A stretch of 54,942 bases of DNA from an uncultured Mycoplasmatota bacterium (GCA_947303405.1 CAMYYH010000002.1:1-54942), one strand, 5' to 3'. Shown: positions 38,600 to 47,883, numbered from the stretch's first letter. The notes: generated by a model from the letters alone, not told the origin. Translations and numbers: made by a program.

Positions 38600-38795
38600 A
38601 ATGTTGAAGGGGACAAACGTAATAATGTCACTTACTAATAGAGATTTAGTGGTTGGTGGAAACTAAGAAGTAATATATTATTATTCCTACCCTGGAGTAA
38701 GATATTAAAATATCTTCGGTTAAACCCGTTAAAGTAAAGAGTATATTAGGATGGTACCGTGCATATGCACTCCTTGGGTATCATCTTTTTTATTT
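38600..38795 (+). promoter_or_regulatory. T-box riboswitch leader (proline specifier)
   Basis: Stem I elements AGAGA and GGTGGAAAC. Candidate specifier CCT-A at 38686-38689. T-box core AGGATGGTACCGTG at 38748-38761. Terminator helix gatggtacc/ggtatcatc followed by tttttt at 38750-38791. Confidence 0.85.
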
Positions 38796-38807
38796 AGGAG
38801 GATGTTT

Positions 38808-40232
38808 ATGAAAAATGAAGCAATTACATCAAGAGATGTAGATTTTGCCAAATGGTATACTGATGTAGTTAGAGCAGCTAAATTAGCAGATTATACATCT
38901 GTTAAAGGATGTATAGCTATTGAACCAAATGGATATGCTATTTGGGAAAAGATTCAAGCAATTATGGACGCTAAGTTTAAGGAATTAGGACATGTTAATG
39001 TTCAAATGCCATTTTTAATACCAGAAAGTTTATTTAATCAAGAAAAAGAATTAATTGAAGGATTTGCGCCAGAATTACTATGGGCTACTGAAGCAGGGAG
39101 CAAAAAGTTAGAAGAAAGATGTGCAATTAGGTCTACATCTGAAACTTTGTTTTGTGATTATTATAAAAAACATATTAGATCATATAAAGATTTACCTAAA
39201 TTGTATAATCAGTGGTGTAATGTGTTTAGATATGAAAAAGAAACTAGACCTTTTTTAAGGTCTAGAGAGTTTTTATGGCAAGAAGGACATACTGTACATG
39301 CTACTGCGGAAGAGGCTGAAAGAGAAACTAAGCAAATGATGGAAGTGTATAGATGGTTTAATCATGAAATACTAGCTATTCCATCTATTACAGGGAAGAA
39401 AACAGAAAAAGAGAAATTTGCTGGCGCTGAATATACAATTACTAATGAGGATTTAATGTATAATGGCGTTTGTTTGCAAGATGGGACATCTCATTACTTC
39501 GGACAAAAGTTTAGTAAGGCCTATGATGTTAAATTTACTAATAAGGATAATAAAGAGGAATATGCATACTATACTACATGGGGTAAAACAACTAGAGCAA
39601 TCGCTGCCATTATTATGGTTCATGCTGATGACTATGGTTTGGTTCTTCCACCTAGAATAGCGCCTAAACAGGTTGTTATTATACCTATAGGGCAAGATGA
39701 GAGGGTAAATGAATTATGTAATAGATATAAAGAAGAATTAACGCAAAATGGAGTTGATTGTTATATAGATAATTCGGATAAGTCGCCAGGATTTAAGTTT
39801 GCGGAAGCAGAGGTAAATGGAATACCTATAAGGATTGAAGTAGGGGCAAGAGATTTAGAGAAGAATATCATTACTATAGCTAGACGTGATACTAGAGAAA
39901 AGATGACTATAGATTTATCGACAGATGTAATTTTATATACTAAAGGTTTATTAGAGATAATTCAAAAAGATATGTATGAAAGAGCAGTTGAAAGAAGAAA
40001 TAAATTGACCTTTGAAGCACATAATCTAGATGATATGGAAAAGATTTTAAATACACAACCAGGTTTTATTCATGGTATGTGGTGTGGTGATGAAGCTTGT
40101 GAAAATAAAATTAAAGAAATTAAAGGATGTAAGTCTAGATGCATTGTTGAAGATGGGAAAAGAATAGATGATAAATGTGTATGCTGTGGGAAAGAAGCTA
40201 AGTATCATGTTATTTGGGGGATACAATATTAA
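38808..40232 (+). CDS. proS: Proline--tRNA ligase (archaeal/eukaryote-like type, about 475 aa)
   Basis: DFAKWYTDVV, RSTSETLF, FRYEKETRPFLRSREFLWQEGHT and a C-terminal Zn-type CxxC...CxxC. ATG 38808 follows taggagg. The track ORF from 38751 starts inside the T-box. Confidence 0.92.
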   Translation: MKNEAITSRDVDFAKWYTDVVRAAKLADYTSVKGCIAIEPNGYAIWEKIQAIMDAKFKELGHVNVQMPFLIPESLFNQEKELIEGFAPELLWATEAGSKKLEERCAIRSTSETLFCDYYKKHIRSYKDLPKLYNQWCNVFRYEKETRPFLRSREFLWQEGHTVHATAEEAERETKQMMEVYRWFNHEILAIPSITGKKTEKEKFAGAEYTITNEDLMYNGVCLQDGTSHYFGQKFSKAYDVKFTNKDNKEEYAYYTTWGKTTRAIAAIIMVHADDYGLVLPPRIAPKQVVIIPIGQDERVNELCNRYKEELTQNGVDCYIDNSDKSPGFKFAEAEVNGIPIRIEVGARDLEKNIITIARRDTREKMTIDLSTDVILYTKGLLEIIQKDMYERAVERRNKLTFEAHNLDDMEKILNTQPGFIHGMWCGDEACENKIKEIKGCKSRCIVEDGKRIDDKCVCCGKEAKYHVIWGIQY

Positions 40233-40244
40233 AAAAATATATAA

Positions 40245-40273
40245 AAGATGGCTTAAAATAAGTCATCTTTTTT
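40245..40273 (+). terminator. Rho-independent terminator of proS
   Basis: aagatggctt/aagtcatctt stem followed by tttt. Confidence 0.65.
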
Positions 40274-40300
40274 GGTATACTTATAATAGGAGATGGCACG

Positions 40301-42154
40301 ATGAAAGATTATTTTAATAGATTATGTATATATTATTTAAACGGCTTTAATAAGAACTATTATAAGAAGATTATTAAGAGTGCCAAACAGGATAAAGTAG
40401 ATGTAGATAAGATAGATAAGGATGCTAAAAAGTATACTGATATATTAAAGAAAAAGTTAAGGGAGTTTAATTATAGAGGGTATAAAAAAGAAGCATATGA
40501 GATGATTAATAAATATATTAAGATTAAAGATGATATGGATGAGAGCGATAAGAAAATATATTTAGAAATCTTAAATAGTCTTTGTAAGATATATAAAATA
40601 GATTTAAGAAACGAATTAAAAGATTATGTAACAGAGTTAATGAAACCAGAAGATGTTTTTAAAGAATTGTTTAAGTGTTACTTAGAAGATAAAGATGTAG
40701 AAGATTTAGAAAAGATAAGAGTTAAATGTAAGTCTATATATTTTATGGATGTAGATGAAAAAGCTAGTCAAATGGCTAAGAATATTAATAAGTTTTGTAA
40801 GAAATATAATTATAGTTTTGTTAATGAAGATAGTATATATGAATCTATTGATAAGTATTTAAGTAATAAGAATAAGTATAGTAAAGTAGAAAAAAGTGAA
40901 ATATTAAGAAATCTAGCTATGGTAGCTAGAGTATATGATATAGATATAAAACAAGAAATAGAGAGTAAATATAAAGAATTAAATAAGGAAGATAATATTA
41001 TAAAAGAATTATTAAATCCTTTAGATAATGATTCTTTCTTGTTGTCTTATTTATATCAAAGGTATAGTAATTGTATTTTTAATATAAGGGAATTACCTTT
41101 ACCTAATTATTATAATAGTAATAGTAGTAAAGATGATGATTATATTAATTATCAAGCTAGATTAATGAAAAGGATTATTCTAATATATTTAGATAAAATA
41201 AATAATTATGGGATAGAAGATATTAATCCATTATATATTAATATACTAAGTGTAGAAGATATGAGTAGATTAGATGATATTGAAGAAAAAGATTTAATAT
41301 CTTTTATAGGATATATTAATAAAAAGATAGAAGAGGGTATAGTATTAAGAAAATTAGAATTAAGTGATGTTTTATATCATTTTTTAGTGTTTTTAGTAAG
41401 TATTACTGATATATATAACCCTTATGTTGGGGCATCTAGTAAGAATATGTTTGTTGTTAGTGAAAAAGAAGATAATATAGCTATATATATCGGTACTAAT
41501 AATGATGAGAATACATTTACTTTCTTAAGTAAATACATAATAAAGTGTATTGAAAATAATATTAGTTATAATATGATTAACTATTTAGATAATAGTATTA
41601 GTAGAGAAAAGACTATATTATTAGCTAATACTGATGATTTATATATTAAGATATCTATTTTAGATGAAATAGAAAGAGAAGATAATACAATAATTAGTAA
41701 TTTTGATAAACCAATTGTATCTAGTGCTTTATTTAAGGAAAAGTATTATGGATTATCTATTTTTAAAATAGATGGTATTGAATATAATGATTTCTTAGAT
41801 AAAGTAGCAGAGGTTGCTTATTATAGATTATTAGCTAAGTTAGAGATTAATAAAGTTAGTGATGCGGATAGTATTGATATATTAAATAGTATTATTAAAC
41901 TAGACAATGTTGTAGGTAGTAATCCATTAGAAGCAACATATAATAGTTATAGTTTTAGTACAATAAAAGATATGGTTAATAAGAATATTGTAGAGGTAAG
42001 TGATTCTTTGGATTATTATATGGGATCATCTGATAAAGCGATGGAATTAGTTGGTGAATTAAGAAAGAGTATAAGATATATTATAAATATATGTAGAGGG
42101 TATAATAAGAGCATTAATAGTAATATAGCTTTATTTAAAGAAGATATTATGTAA
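40301..42154 (+). CDS. Hypothetical protein (617 aa) with an N-terminal internal duplication
   Basis: Long ORF, K/D/I/N/Y-rich, with no TM segment. A module of about 55 aa occurs twice (…NYRGYKKEAYEMINKYIK…LEILNSLCKIYKIDLRNELKDY and …NYSFVNEDSIYESIDKYLS…EILRNLAMVARVYDIDIKQEIESKY). Confidence 0.65.
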   Translation: MKDYFNRLCIYYLNGFNKNYYKKIIKSAKQDKVDVDKIDKDAKKYTDILKKKLREFNYRGYKKEAYEMINKYIKIKDDMDESDKKIYLEILNSLCKIYKIDLRNELKDYVTELMKPEDVFKELFKCYLEDKDVEDLEKIRVKCKSIYFMDVDEKASQMAKNINKFCKKYNYSFVNEDSIYESIDKYLSNKNKYSKVEKSEILRNLAMVARVYDIDIKQEIESKYKELNKEDNIIKELLNPLDNDSFLLSYLYQRYSNCIFNIRELPLPNYYNSNSSKDDDYINYQARLMKRIILIYLDKINNYGIEDINPLYINILSVEDMSRLDDIEEKDLISFIGYINKKIEEGIVLRKLELSDVLYHFLVFLVSITDIYNPYVGASSKNMFVVSEKEDNIAIYIGTNNDENTFTFLSKYIIKCIENNISYNMINYLDNSISREKTILLANTDDLYIKISILDEIEREDNTIISNFDKPIVSSALFKEKYYGLSIFKIDGIEYNDFLDKVAEVAYYRLLAKLEINKVSDADSIDILNSIIKLDNVVGSNPLEATYNSYSFSTIKDMVNKNIVEVSDSLDYYMGSSDKAMELVGELRKSIRYIINICRGYNKSINSNIALFKEDIM

Positions 42155-42217
42155 TATTCATACATATTTCATATGAATTTCATAATGAATTGATAAGGTA
42201 TATGGCGAGGTGTTAAT

Positions 42218-42469
42218 ATGGATATTAAAATATTGGGTGTAGATGATAAAGAGATAAGAGAATTAAGAAATAGAGTATTAGAAGCTATATTAAGTATTGA
42301 TAGTAATGTGACTATTACGATTATTAATGATAAAGAGGTAATGGTTAATCAGTATAAGATAAAAAAGAAAATAGGGCTAATAATTAATAATGATTATACT
42401 ATAGAGGGAAGAATGATTACGGCTCGAGAACTTAGTAAGATATTAAAAAAAATAGAAAAAGAAGTTTAA
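42218..42469 (+). CDS. Thioredoxin_3 (MTH895-like) fold protein lacking the CxxC motif
   Basis: MDIKILGVDDKEIRELRNRVLEAI parallels MKIxVLGxGCxxCxxLxxxVxxAL of small redox-active disulfide proteins. The later GLIINNDYTIEGR...ELSKIL parallels the ALVINGKVVxxGR...EIKKLL region. No Cys residue is present. Confidence 0.4.
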   Translation: MDIKILGVDDKEIRELRNRVLEAILSIDSNVTITIINDKEVMVNQYKIKKKIGLIINNDYTIEGRMITARELSKILKKIEKEV

Positions 42470-42515
42470 AATGAAGAAATCTAATGATATAATTTTATAG
42501 TAGGGTGAGTGTGAT

Positions 42516-43154
42516 ATGGCGTCAGCAATTATACATATATGTATAGCTAAAGAAGTAAATAAAATATTGGGTATGGATGAAAAAACATTATTTCTAGGGA
42601 CTATTGCACCAGATATATCTAAGGAAATAGGTCAAAGTAAAGAAATAAGTCATTTTTTAGATCATTCGCATGAGGATGATATTCCTAATATAGATAGATT
42701 TTTAAGTAAGTATAGGACGGAATTAAATAAACCTTTTGAGATGGGATATTTTATACATTTATTAACTGATAAATATTGGATTAGAGATTATATATACGAG
42801 TATATTAAAAGATATGCTATAGAAAATGATAAGAAAGATTTAACTTATTCGGCTTTAAAACAATTAATGTATGATGATTATACTAATATCAATATAGATT
42901 TAATAGATAAGTATGGATTAGCATTGGATTTGTTTTATGAAGTGTTTAAATATCCTAGTAGTAAGATAACAGAAATACCTATGGATAAACTTCCTATAAT
43001 AGTAGAAAAGATGGGTATCATAATAAGTAATAGTAAAGAAGAGAAAACTTTCTTATTTGATACTTATGATATAGTTAAGTTTATTGATGAAACGGTCAAA
43101 TATGTTATTAGAGATATTCAAATGTTGGGATTAAATAAGGTACCACCTAAGTGA
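42516..43154 (+). CDS. Zinc-dependent phospholipase C-like family protein (hypothetical)
   Basis: SAIIHICIAKEV...FLGTIAPDISK...SHF resembles the N-terminal His/Asp pattern of that family. Confidence 0.35.
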   Translation: MASAIIHICIAKEVNKILGMDEKTLFLGTIAPDISKEIGQSKEISHFLDHSHEDDIPNIDRFLSKYRTELNKPFEMGYFIHLLTDKYWIRDYIYEYIKRYAIENDKKDLTYSALKQLMYDDYTNINIDLIDKYGLALDLFYEVFKYPSSKITEIPMDKLPIIVEKMGIIISNSKEEKTFLFDTYDIVKFIDETVKYVIRDIQMLGLNKVPPK

Positions 43155-43166
43155 TACCTTTTTTTA
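43137..43166. terminator. Hairpin plus T run between convergent genes
   Basis: aaggta/tacctt 6-bp stem with a 12-nt loop, followed by ttttttt. Confidence 0.35.
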
Positions 43167-44486
43167 ACGATGTAAGAAATATAAAGCTAAAATAGTTAAA
43201 CCTAAAACAATGGAAGTAGTTAGTAATATTATGGAAATAATGTTTGAGAAACCTGCTTTTTCTAATTGGTCCGGTTCTTTTTGATGATGTATTGGAGTTC
43301 CAGGAGGGATTAATACTTTCGTTTGTCCTTTGGAAGCGCCGAATGATTCAGTTGTTTTGGTGAAAAAATCTTGCCACTTCTGAAAGTATATTTGATCATT
43401 TTCAGATAAGCCTCCTAGGAGAATAGCGTCTGTAAAACATTGTTCTACGGCTTTAAGTTTTGCTTCTTTAGTATTTGAATCTAAACTAGGTAGAGTCTCT
43501 TTTAGATTTGTTAAATAGTTGCCTATTTGTTGTACTATAGTATCGGTATAATTACCATGTATTAGCGTTTGGTAGAATGTATTATCATCGATTATAGCAT
43601 TAGGGTTGTTATATTGAAGAATTTGGGTTTGTTGTTCATTGTTTATTTTTTGGTCAGTTGATACTACGTTTGGTTGCTGGGGTTCAGTTGATTGGCTAGA
43701 AATTGTTTGCGAAGTCGTTGTTACAGATGAAACGTTGTTCTTATGGACTTCCGCTTCTAAGTTGCCATTTATATTCTTAGAAAAAGTTATAATCTTACTA
43801 TCTTCGGGATTTCTTTGATTATTAATATATATTATATTTTCTTCAATAGAGGTTTCAACATTTATATAGTTTTGATCTTTGTACATATTAACATATTCTT
43901 GAATTTGGGCTTTAGTGTTTTCTGGGATATCAGGTCTAGTTAGAATTGCTTCTGCTGGTTCTAGTTTTTTTTCGCCAAAGAACCACTTGTTAATTTCTCT
44001 CGTAAATTCTTCAGCGCTTATAATATCCTTGCCTGTTTCATCTTGTACTCCTTTATATAGACTAAATATGTCTAAGTGATTAATGTTTTTGAACAGGTGG
44101 TTTTTGCCATCATGAGTTCTAATATTCCAATATTCATCTTTTGTTGGTTCGAAGAATCCTTTACTAGGGTCCAAATTGTAAAATATAGTAATACAGCTCA
44201 TCTCAGGATTTCTTTCGCGCATTAACTGTAATTTAGTCTCATTAATATTTTCGTTTGCTTGAGGTGTGTTTGAGTTTTGATTGAAACTTGTTAAAGCTGA
44301 TATTATTTGTTCTGGGCTAGGAGGTTGTTGACTATTTTGAATAGAACTAAAATCTGCATTTGTTAAGTCAAAAAACTGGCCATTATAAAATAAGTTCTTC
44401 CCATCTATTTGAAAACCTTGGAATCTTTCGGGATTTTGCATTTTTAATTGAGAAATATAGTAAATGTTTTCTTGTAATTTGTTCAT
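43164..44486 (-). CDS. Tail-anchored hypothetical protein with a Q/N/S/T-rich linker
   Basis: No N-terminal signal peptide. A single C-terminal TM (FSNIISIILLTTSIVLGLTILALYFL). Low-complexity SSVTTTSQTISSQSTEPQQPN region. Confidence 0.65.
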   Translation of the reverse strand: MNKLQENIYYISQLKMQNPERFQGFQIDGKNLFYNGQFFDLTNADFSSIQNSQQPPSPEQIISALTSFNQNSNTPQANENINETKLQLMRERNPEMSCITIFYNLDPSKGFFEPTKDEYWNIRTHDGKNHLFKNINHLDIFSLYKGVQDETGKDIISAEEFTREINKWFFGEKKLEPAEAILTRPDIPENTKAQIQEYVNMYKDQNYINVETSIEENIIYINNQRNPEDSKIITFSKNINGNLEAEVHKNNVSSVTTTSQTISSQSTEPQQPNVVSTDQKINNEQQTQILQYNNPNAIIDDNTFYQTLIHGNYTDTIVQQIGNYLTNLKETLPSLDSNTKEAKLKAVEQCFTDAILLGGLSENDQIYFQKWQDFFTKTTESFGASKGQTKVLIPPGTPIHHQKEPDQLEKAGFSNIISIILLTTSIVLGLTILALYFLHR

Positions 44487-44572
44487 TTGTATTACCTTCT
44501 TTATTAAAATATAGCATAAAAATAGCGGTTTTAAAATAATAAATAAGGTGCTATAATACGTTTGTGATTGCT

Positions 44573-45865
44573 ATGAAAAAAGAGTTAAATGAAGAATTTG
44601 TTCGGGAATTATCTAAAAAAAAGAATGAACCTAAGTGGATGCTAGCGTTTAGGTTAAAGTCTCTAGAAAAGTTTTTTGAATTGGATAATCCTGATTTTGG
44701 GCCTGAAATAGATATAGATTTTACGAAAATTAATTATTATAAATCTAATAGAAAAGAAATAGCTAATGATTGGAATAAGGTTGATTGTAGTATTAAGAAT
44801 AGTTTTGATAAGTTAGGGGTTATTGATGCAGAAGAAAAATACTTAGGTGGTGTTACTAATCAGTTTGAATCTGAGGTAGTATATCATAAACAAAAGGTAG
44901 GGGAAGATGTAATATTCACTTCTACTGATGAAGCTTTAAGATTATATCCTGATTTATTTAGGGAATATTTTAATAATTTGGTAAAATATGATGAGAATAA
45001 GTATACAGCTTTAAATGGGGCTGTATGGAGTGGTGGCTCTTTTATATATGTTCCTAAGGGAGTAAAGGTAGATAGGCCTTTACAAAGCTATTTTAGAATT
45101 GAAACGGAGTCTTTAGGACAGTTTGAAAGAACAATAATAATAGTTGATGAAGGTGCTGATTTATCTTATATAGAAGGATGTACAGCTACGCAGTATAGTA
45201 CTGCTTCGTTACATGCGGGAGTAGTTGAAATATATATTAAAAAGGGAGCTCATTGTCGTTATTCTACTATTCAAAATTGGTCGACAGATGTATATAATTT
45301 AGTTACTAAGAGAGCTATAGTTGATAATAATGGAGTTATGGAATGGGTAGATGGCAATATAGGTAGTAAAGTTACTATGAAATATCCATCTTGTATATTA
45401 GCTGGTGAAGGAGCAATAGGTAATTCAATATCAATAGCTTATGCTAAAGAAGGCCAATATTTGGATGCTGGAGCTAAAATGATACATCTAGCTCCAAATA
45501 CAAGGAGTAATATTGTTAGTAAATCTATAGCTGAGGGCGGAGGAATTAGTAACTATCGAGGAACTACTAGAATAACTAAAAAAGCTTTTAATTGTAAGGC
45601 CAATATAAAGTGTGATACAATAATATTGGATGGTATTAGTAAAAGTGATACTTTTCCTAAAAATATAGTTGGCAATTCATCTTCAGTATTAGAACATGAA
45701 GCGACGATATCAAAAGTATCTCAAGAAAAGATGTTTTACTTAACTAGTAAGGGGTTAAGTGAGAGTACAGCTAAAGAATTATTAATAATGGGTTTTATTA
45801 GTGACTTTAAGAAGGAACTGCCTATGGAATATGCCGTAGAACTCAATAGATTGTTAAAAGAATAA
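44573..45865 (+). CDS. sufB: Fe-S cluster assembly protein SufB
   Basis: GGSFIYVPKGVKVDRPLQSYFRI, GQFERTIIIVDEGA, EGCTATQYSTASLHAGVVEIY, YSTIQNWS, LVTKRA and LPMEYAVELNRL. Confidence 0.9.
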   Translation: MKKELNEEFVRELSKKKNEPKWMLAFRLKSLEKFFELDNPDFGPEIDIDFTKINYYKSNRKEIANDWNKVDCSIKNSFDKLGVIDAEEKYLGGVTNQFESEVVYHKQKVGEDVIFTSTDEALRLYPDLFREYFNNLVKYDENKYTALNGAVWSGGSFIYVPKGVKVDRPLQSYFRIETESLGQFERTIIIVDEGADLSYIEGCTATQYSTASLHAGVVEIYIKKGAHCRYSTIQNWSTDVYNLVTKRAIVDNNGVMEWVDGNIGSKVTMKYPSCILAGEGAIGNSISIAYAKEGQYLDAGAKMIHLAPNTRSNIVSKSIAEGGGISNYRGTTRITKKAFNCKANIKCDTIILDGISKSDTFPKNIVGNSSSVLEHEATISKVSQEKMFYLTSKGLSESTAKELLIMGFISDFKKELPMEYAVELNRLLKE

Positions 45866-45878
45866 ATAGATAAGGAGA

Positions 45879-46301
45879 ATGAATTTGAAAAAAGTATTGT
45901 TATTATTAGTAATTGTTAGTTTATTTGTATTTACAGTTGGTTGTGAAAAAAAAGAAGAAAAAGATGGAAATGATAGAAAGATTCAAACGGTTAATAATAT
46001 TGAACTTGGTAAGGAACAATATATTGAACAATTAAAAGCTATAAAAATTAATGGAACGGAAGATACAATAAGGATAGATAAAAAAGTCAAATGGGAAGTT
46101 CCGGAACATGAAGAAGGTAAAACTATTAGTTTTTCAATAGCTGTTCCATATACGATTACTGTTGATGGAAAAGAGTATAAAGGAATATATGAGTTAAACG
46201 ATTTTGATTCATCAAAAATGGATACTAATCCAAAATATAGTTTTATGATTGTTAATTTAACTACTGAAGGGGATATTTCCATAAAAATCACAAAAAAATA
46301 G
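45879..46301 (+). CDS. Lipoprotein, function unknown
   Basis: Signal peptide with lipobox TVGC. Confidence 0.65.
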   Translation: MNLKKVLLLLVIVSLFVFTVGCEKKEEKDGNDRKIQTVNNIELGKEQYIEQLKAIKINGTEDTIRIDKKVKWEVPEHEEGKTISFSIAVPYTITVDGKEYKGIYELNDFDSSKMDTNPKYSFMIVNLTTEGDISIKITKK

Positions 46302-46485
46302 TAATTTGCTAAAAAGTATTAAAAAGGATTCAAAATGGATTTTTGGTCTTTTTTTATTGTTTAAAAAAGAAGTTGGTATCGTGTATATTGCTTTTTTGAT
46401 TGAATAATTATGAATAATTCTATTTTTTCCGTGTTTGTAATAGTTTTTATATTTTGTTAAGATGACAAGCGAAAGGAGGGATGGA

Positions 46486-46833
46486 ATGTTAAATCAAGTG
46501 ATATTAGTAGGAAGACTAACTACTGATCCACAAGCAGAAACAACTGAAAATGGTAAGAAGTTTTCGCATATTACACTGGCGGTTCCAAGAAGTTTTAAAA
46601 ACTCTGATGGAGTATATGAAACTGATTTTATACGTTGTACTTTATTTAGTGCGATAGCTGCTAATACTTCTGATTATTGTAAGAAGGGAGATATAGTAGG
46701 AATTAAAGGACGTTTACAAGTTAGTTCATATAATGATGAAGATGGTAATACTAAATATTCTACAGATGTTATTGCTGAAAAGGTTACATTTTTAACTAGT
46801 AAAGCCAGTGAACTGAAAGAAGAAGAGGAATAA
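46486..46833 (+). CDS. ssb: Short single-stranded DNA-binding protein lacking the acidic DDxPF tail (SsbB-like)
   Basis: OB-fold MLNQVILVGRLTTDPQ...FIRCTLF...KKGDIVGIKGRLQ. The protein ends ...SELKEEEE with no Gly/Gln linker and no terminal PF. ATG 46486 follows aaggaggg. Confidence 0.85.
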   Translation: MLNQVILVGRLTTDPQAETTENGKKFSHITLAVPRSFKNSDGVYETDFIRCTLFSAIAANTSDYCKKGDIVGIKGRLQVSSYNDEDGNTKYSTDVIAEKVTFLTSKASELKEEEE

Positions 46834-46849
46834 AAAGTAAAAAATAATT

Positions 46850-46982
46850 GAATGTGTTATCACTAACCATATATCTGTTTAATCCCTTTTAGTAAAATAA
46901 CACATTCTTATCTTAGTTCAATTGTTAATTAGTTTGCTCCCCTATAAACTAATTAGGCCTTGCATGTATAATGCAAGGTTTT
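46850..46982 (+). other. Three consecutive hairpins downstream of ssb, the last being a terminator
   Basis: First, an 11-bp stem gaatgtgttat/ataacacattc with a 36-nt loop (46850-46907). Second, a 10-bp stem taattagttt/aaactaatta (46926-46955). Third, ccttgcat/atgcaagg followed by tttt (46958-46982). Confidence 0.55.
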
Positions 46983-47037
46983 AAAATGCTTGCTAAACAG
47001 TATTCAGAAATAGTATTATAAAAGAGAGGTGTTTAGA

Positions 47038-47820
47038 GTGATTGACATATTAAAAGCCGAGAAAGAGTTTCAAAAGTATATAGATCAGTTTGATATAAAG
47101 GATAATCCTAGTTTTATATTAAAGATTGTACATACAAATCATGTTATAAATATGGCTGTTAAGATTAGTAAAAACATGGGGCTATCTAAAGAAGACTGTG
47201 ACTTAGCCAAATTAATTGCTATTTTACATGATATAGGTAGATTTGAAGAATTAAGAAAGCTCTCTAAGTTTGATAGTGTTGGCTCTGATCATGCTTCTCT
47301 AGGAGTGAAGTTGCTTTTTGAAGATGGTTTAATAAGAACTTTTATTGAAGATAAACAATATGATGAAGTAATAAAAGAGGCAATTGGGAACCATAGTAGA
47401 ATGGCTATAAGAGAAGGATTAAGTGATAGAGCGTTGTTGCATGCTCGTTTACTTAGAGACGCTGATAAAATAGATAATTATAGAGTATTTAGAGATGATA
47501 CCATCGAATCAAGATTGCCTGGTATAGTAAAAGATTTAGAAGAGTTTGAGCGTTCTTCTTTATCAGATGTGGTATATGAGGCGGTAAGAGAACATAGGTG
47601 TGTTGATATCCATGATAGAGTTCACCCTCTTGATTATTTGGTTTGTGTGTTGGCTTTTACTTTTGATATAAATTTTAAGGAGTCATTTTATATAATAAAA
47701 GTGAATCATTATATAGATGATATTATTAATAGGTTTTCATATAAAGATGAACAATCAAGAATAAAGATGGAAGAAATAAGATGTATTTTAAATGATTATA
47801 TAGATGATATGGCTAGGTAA
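47038..47820 (+). CDS. HD domain-containing phosphohydrolase
   Basis: HTNHV...AILHDIGRFEE...DHASLG...GNHSR...LLRDADKIDNYR. GTG 47038 is better spaced from agagagg than GTG 47029. Confidence 0.8.
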   Translation: MIDILKAEKEFQKYIDQFDIKDNPSFILKIVHTNHVINMAVKISKNMGLSKEDCDLAKLIAILHDIGRFEELRKLSKFDSVGSDHASLGVKLLFEDGLIRTFIEDKQYDEVIKEAIGNHSRMAIREGLSDRALLHARLLRDADKIDNYRVFRDDTIESRLPGIVKDLEEFERSSLSDVVYEAVREHRCVDIHDRVHPLDYLVCVLAFTFDINFKESFYIIKVNHYIDDIINRFSYKDEQSRIKMEEIRCILNDYIDDMAR

Positions 47821-47883
47821 TTAATTGTTTGTGTTGATATGATTACATAGAAATGAATAGTGATATTATGAATGGTTATTTTG

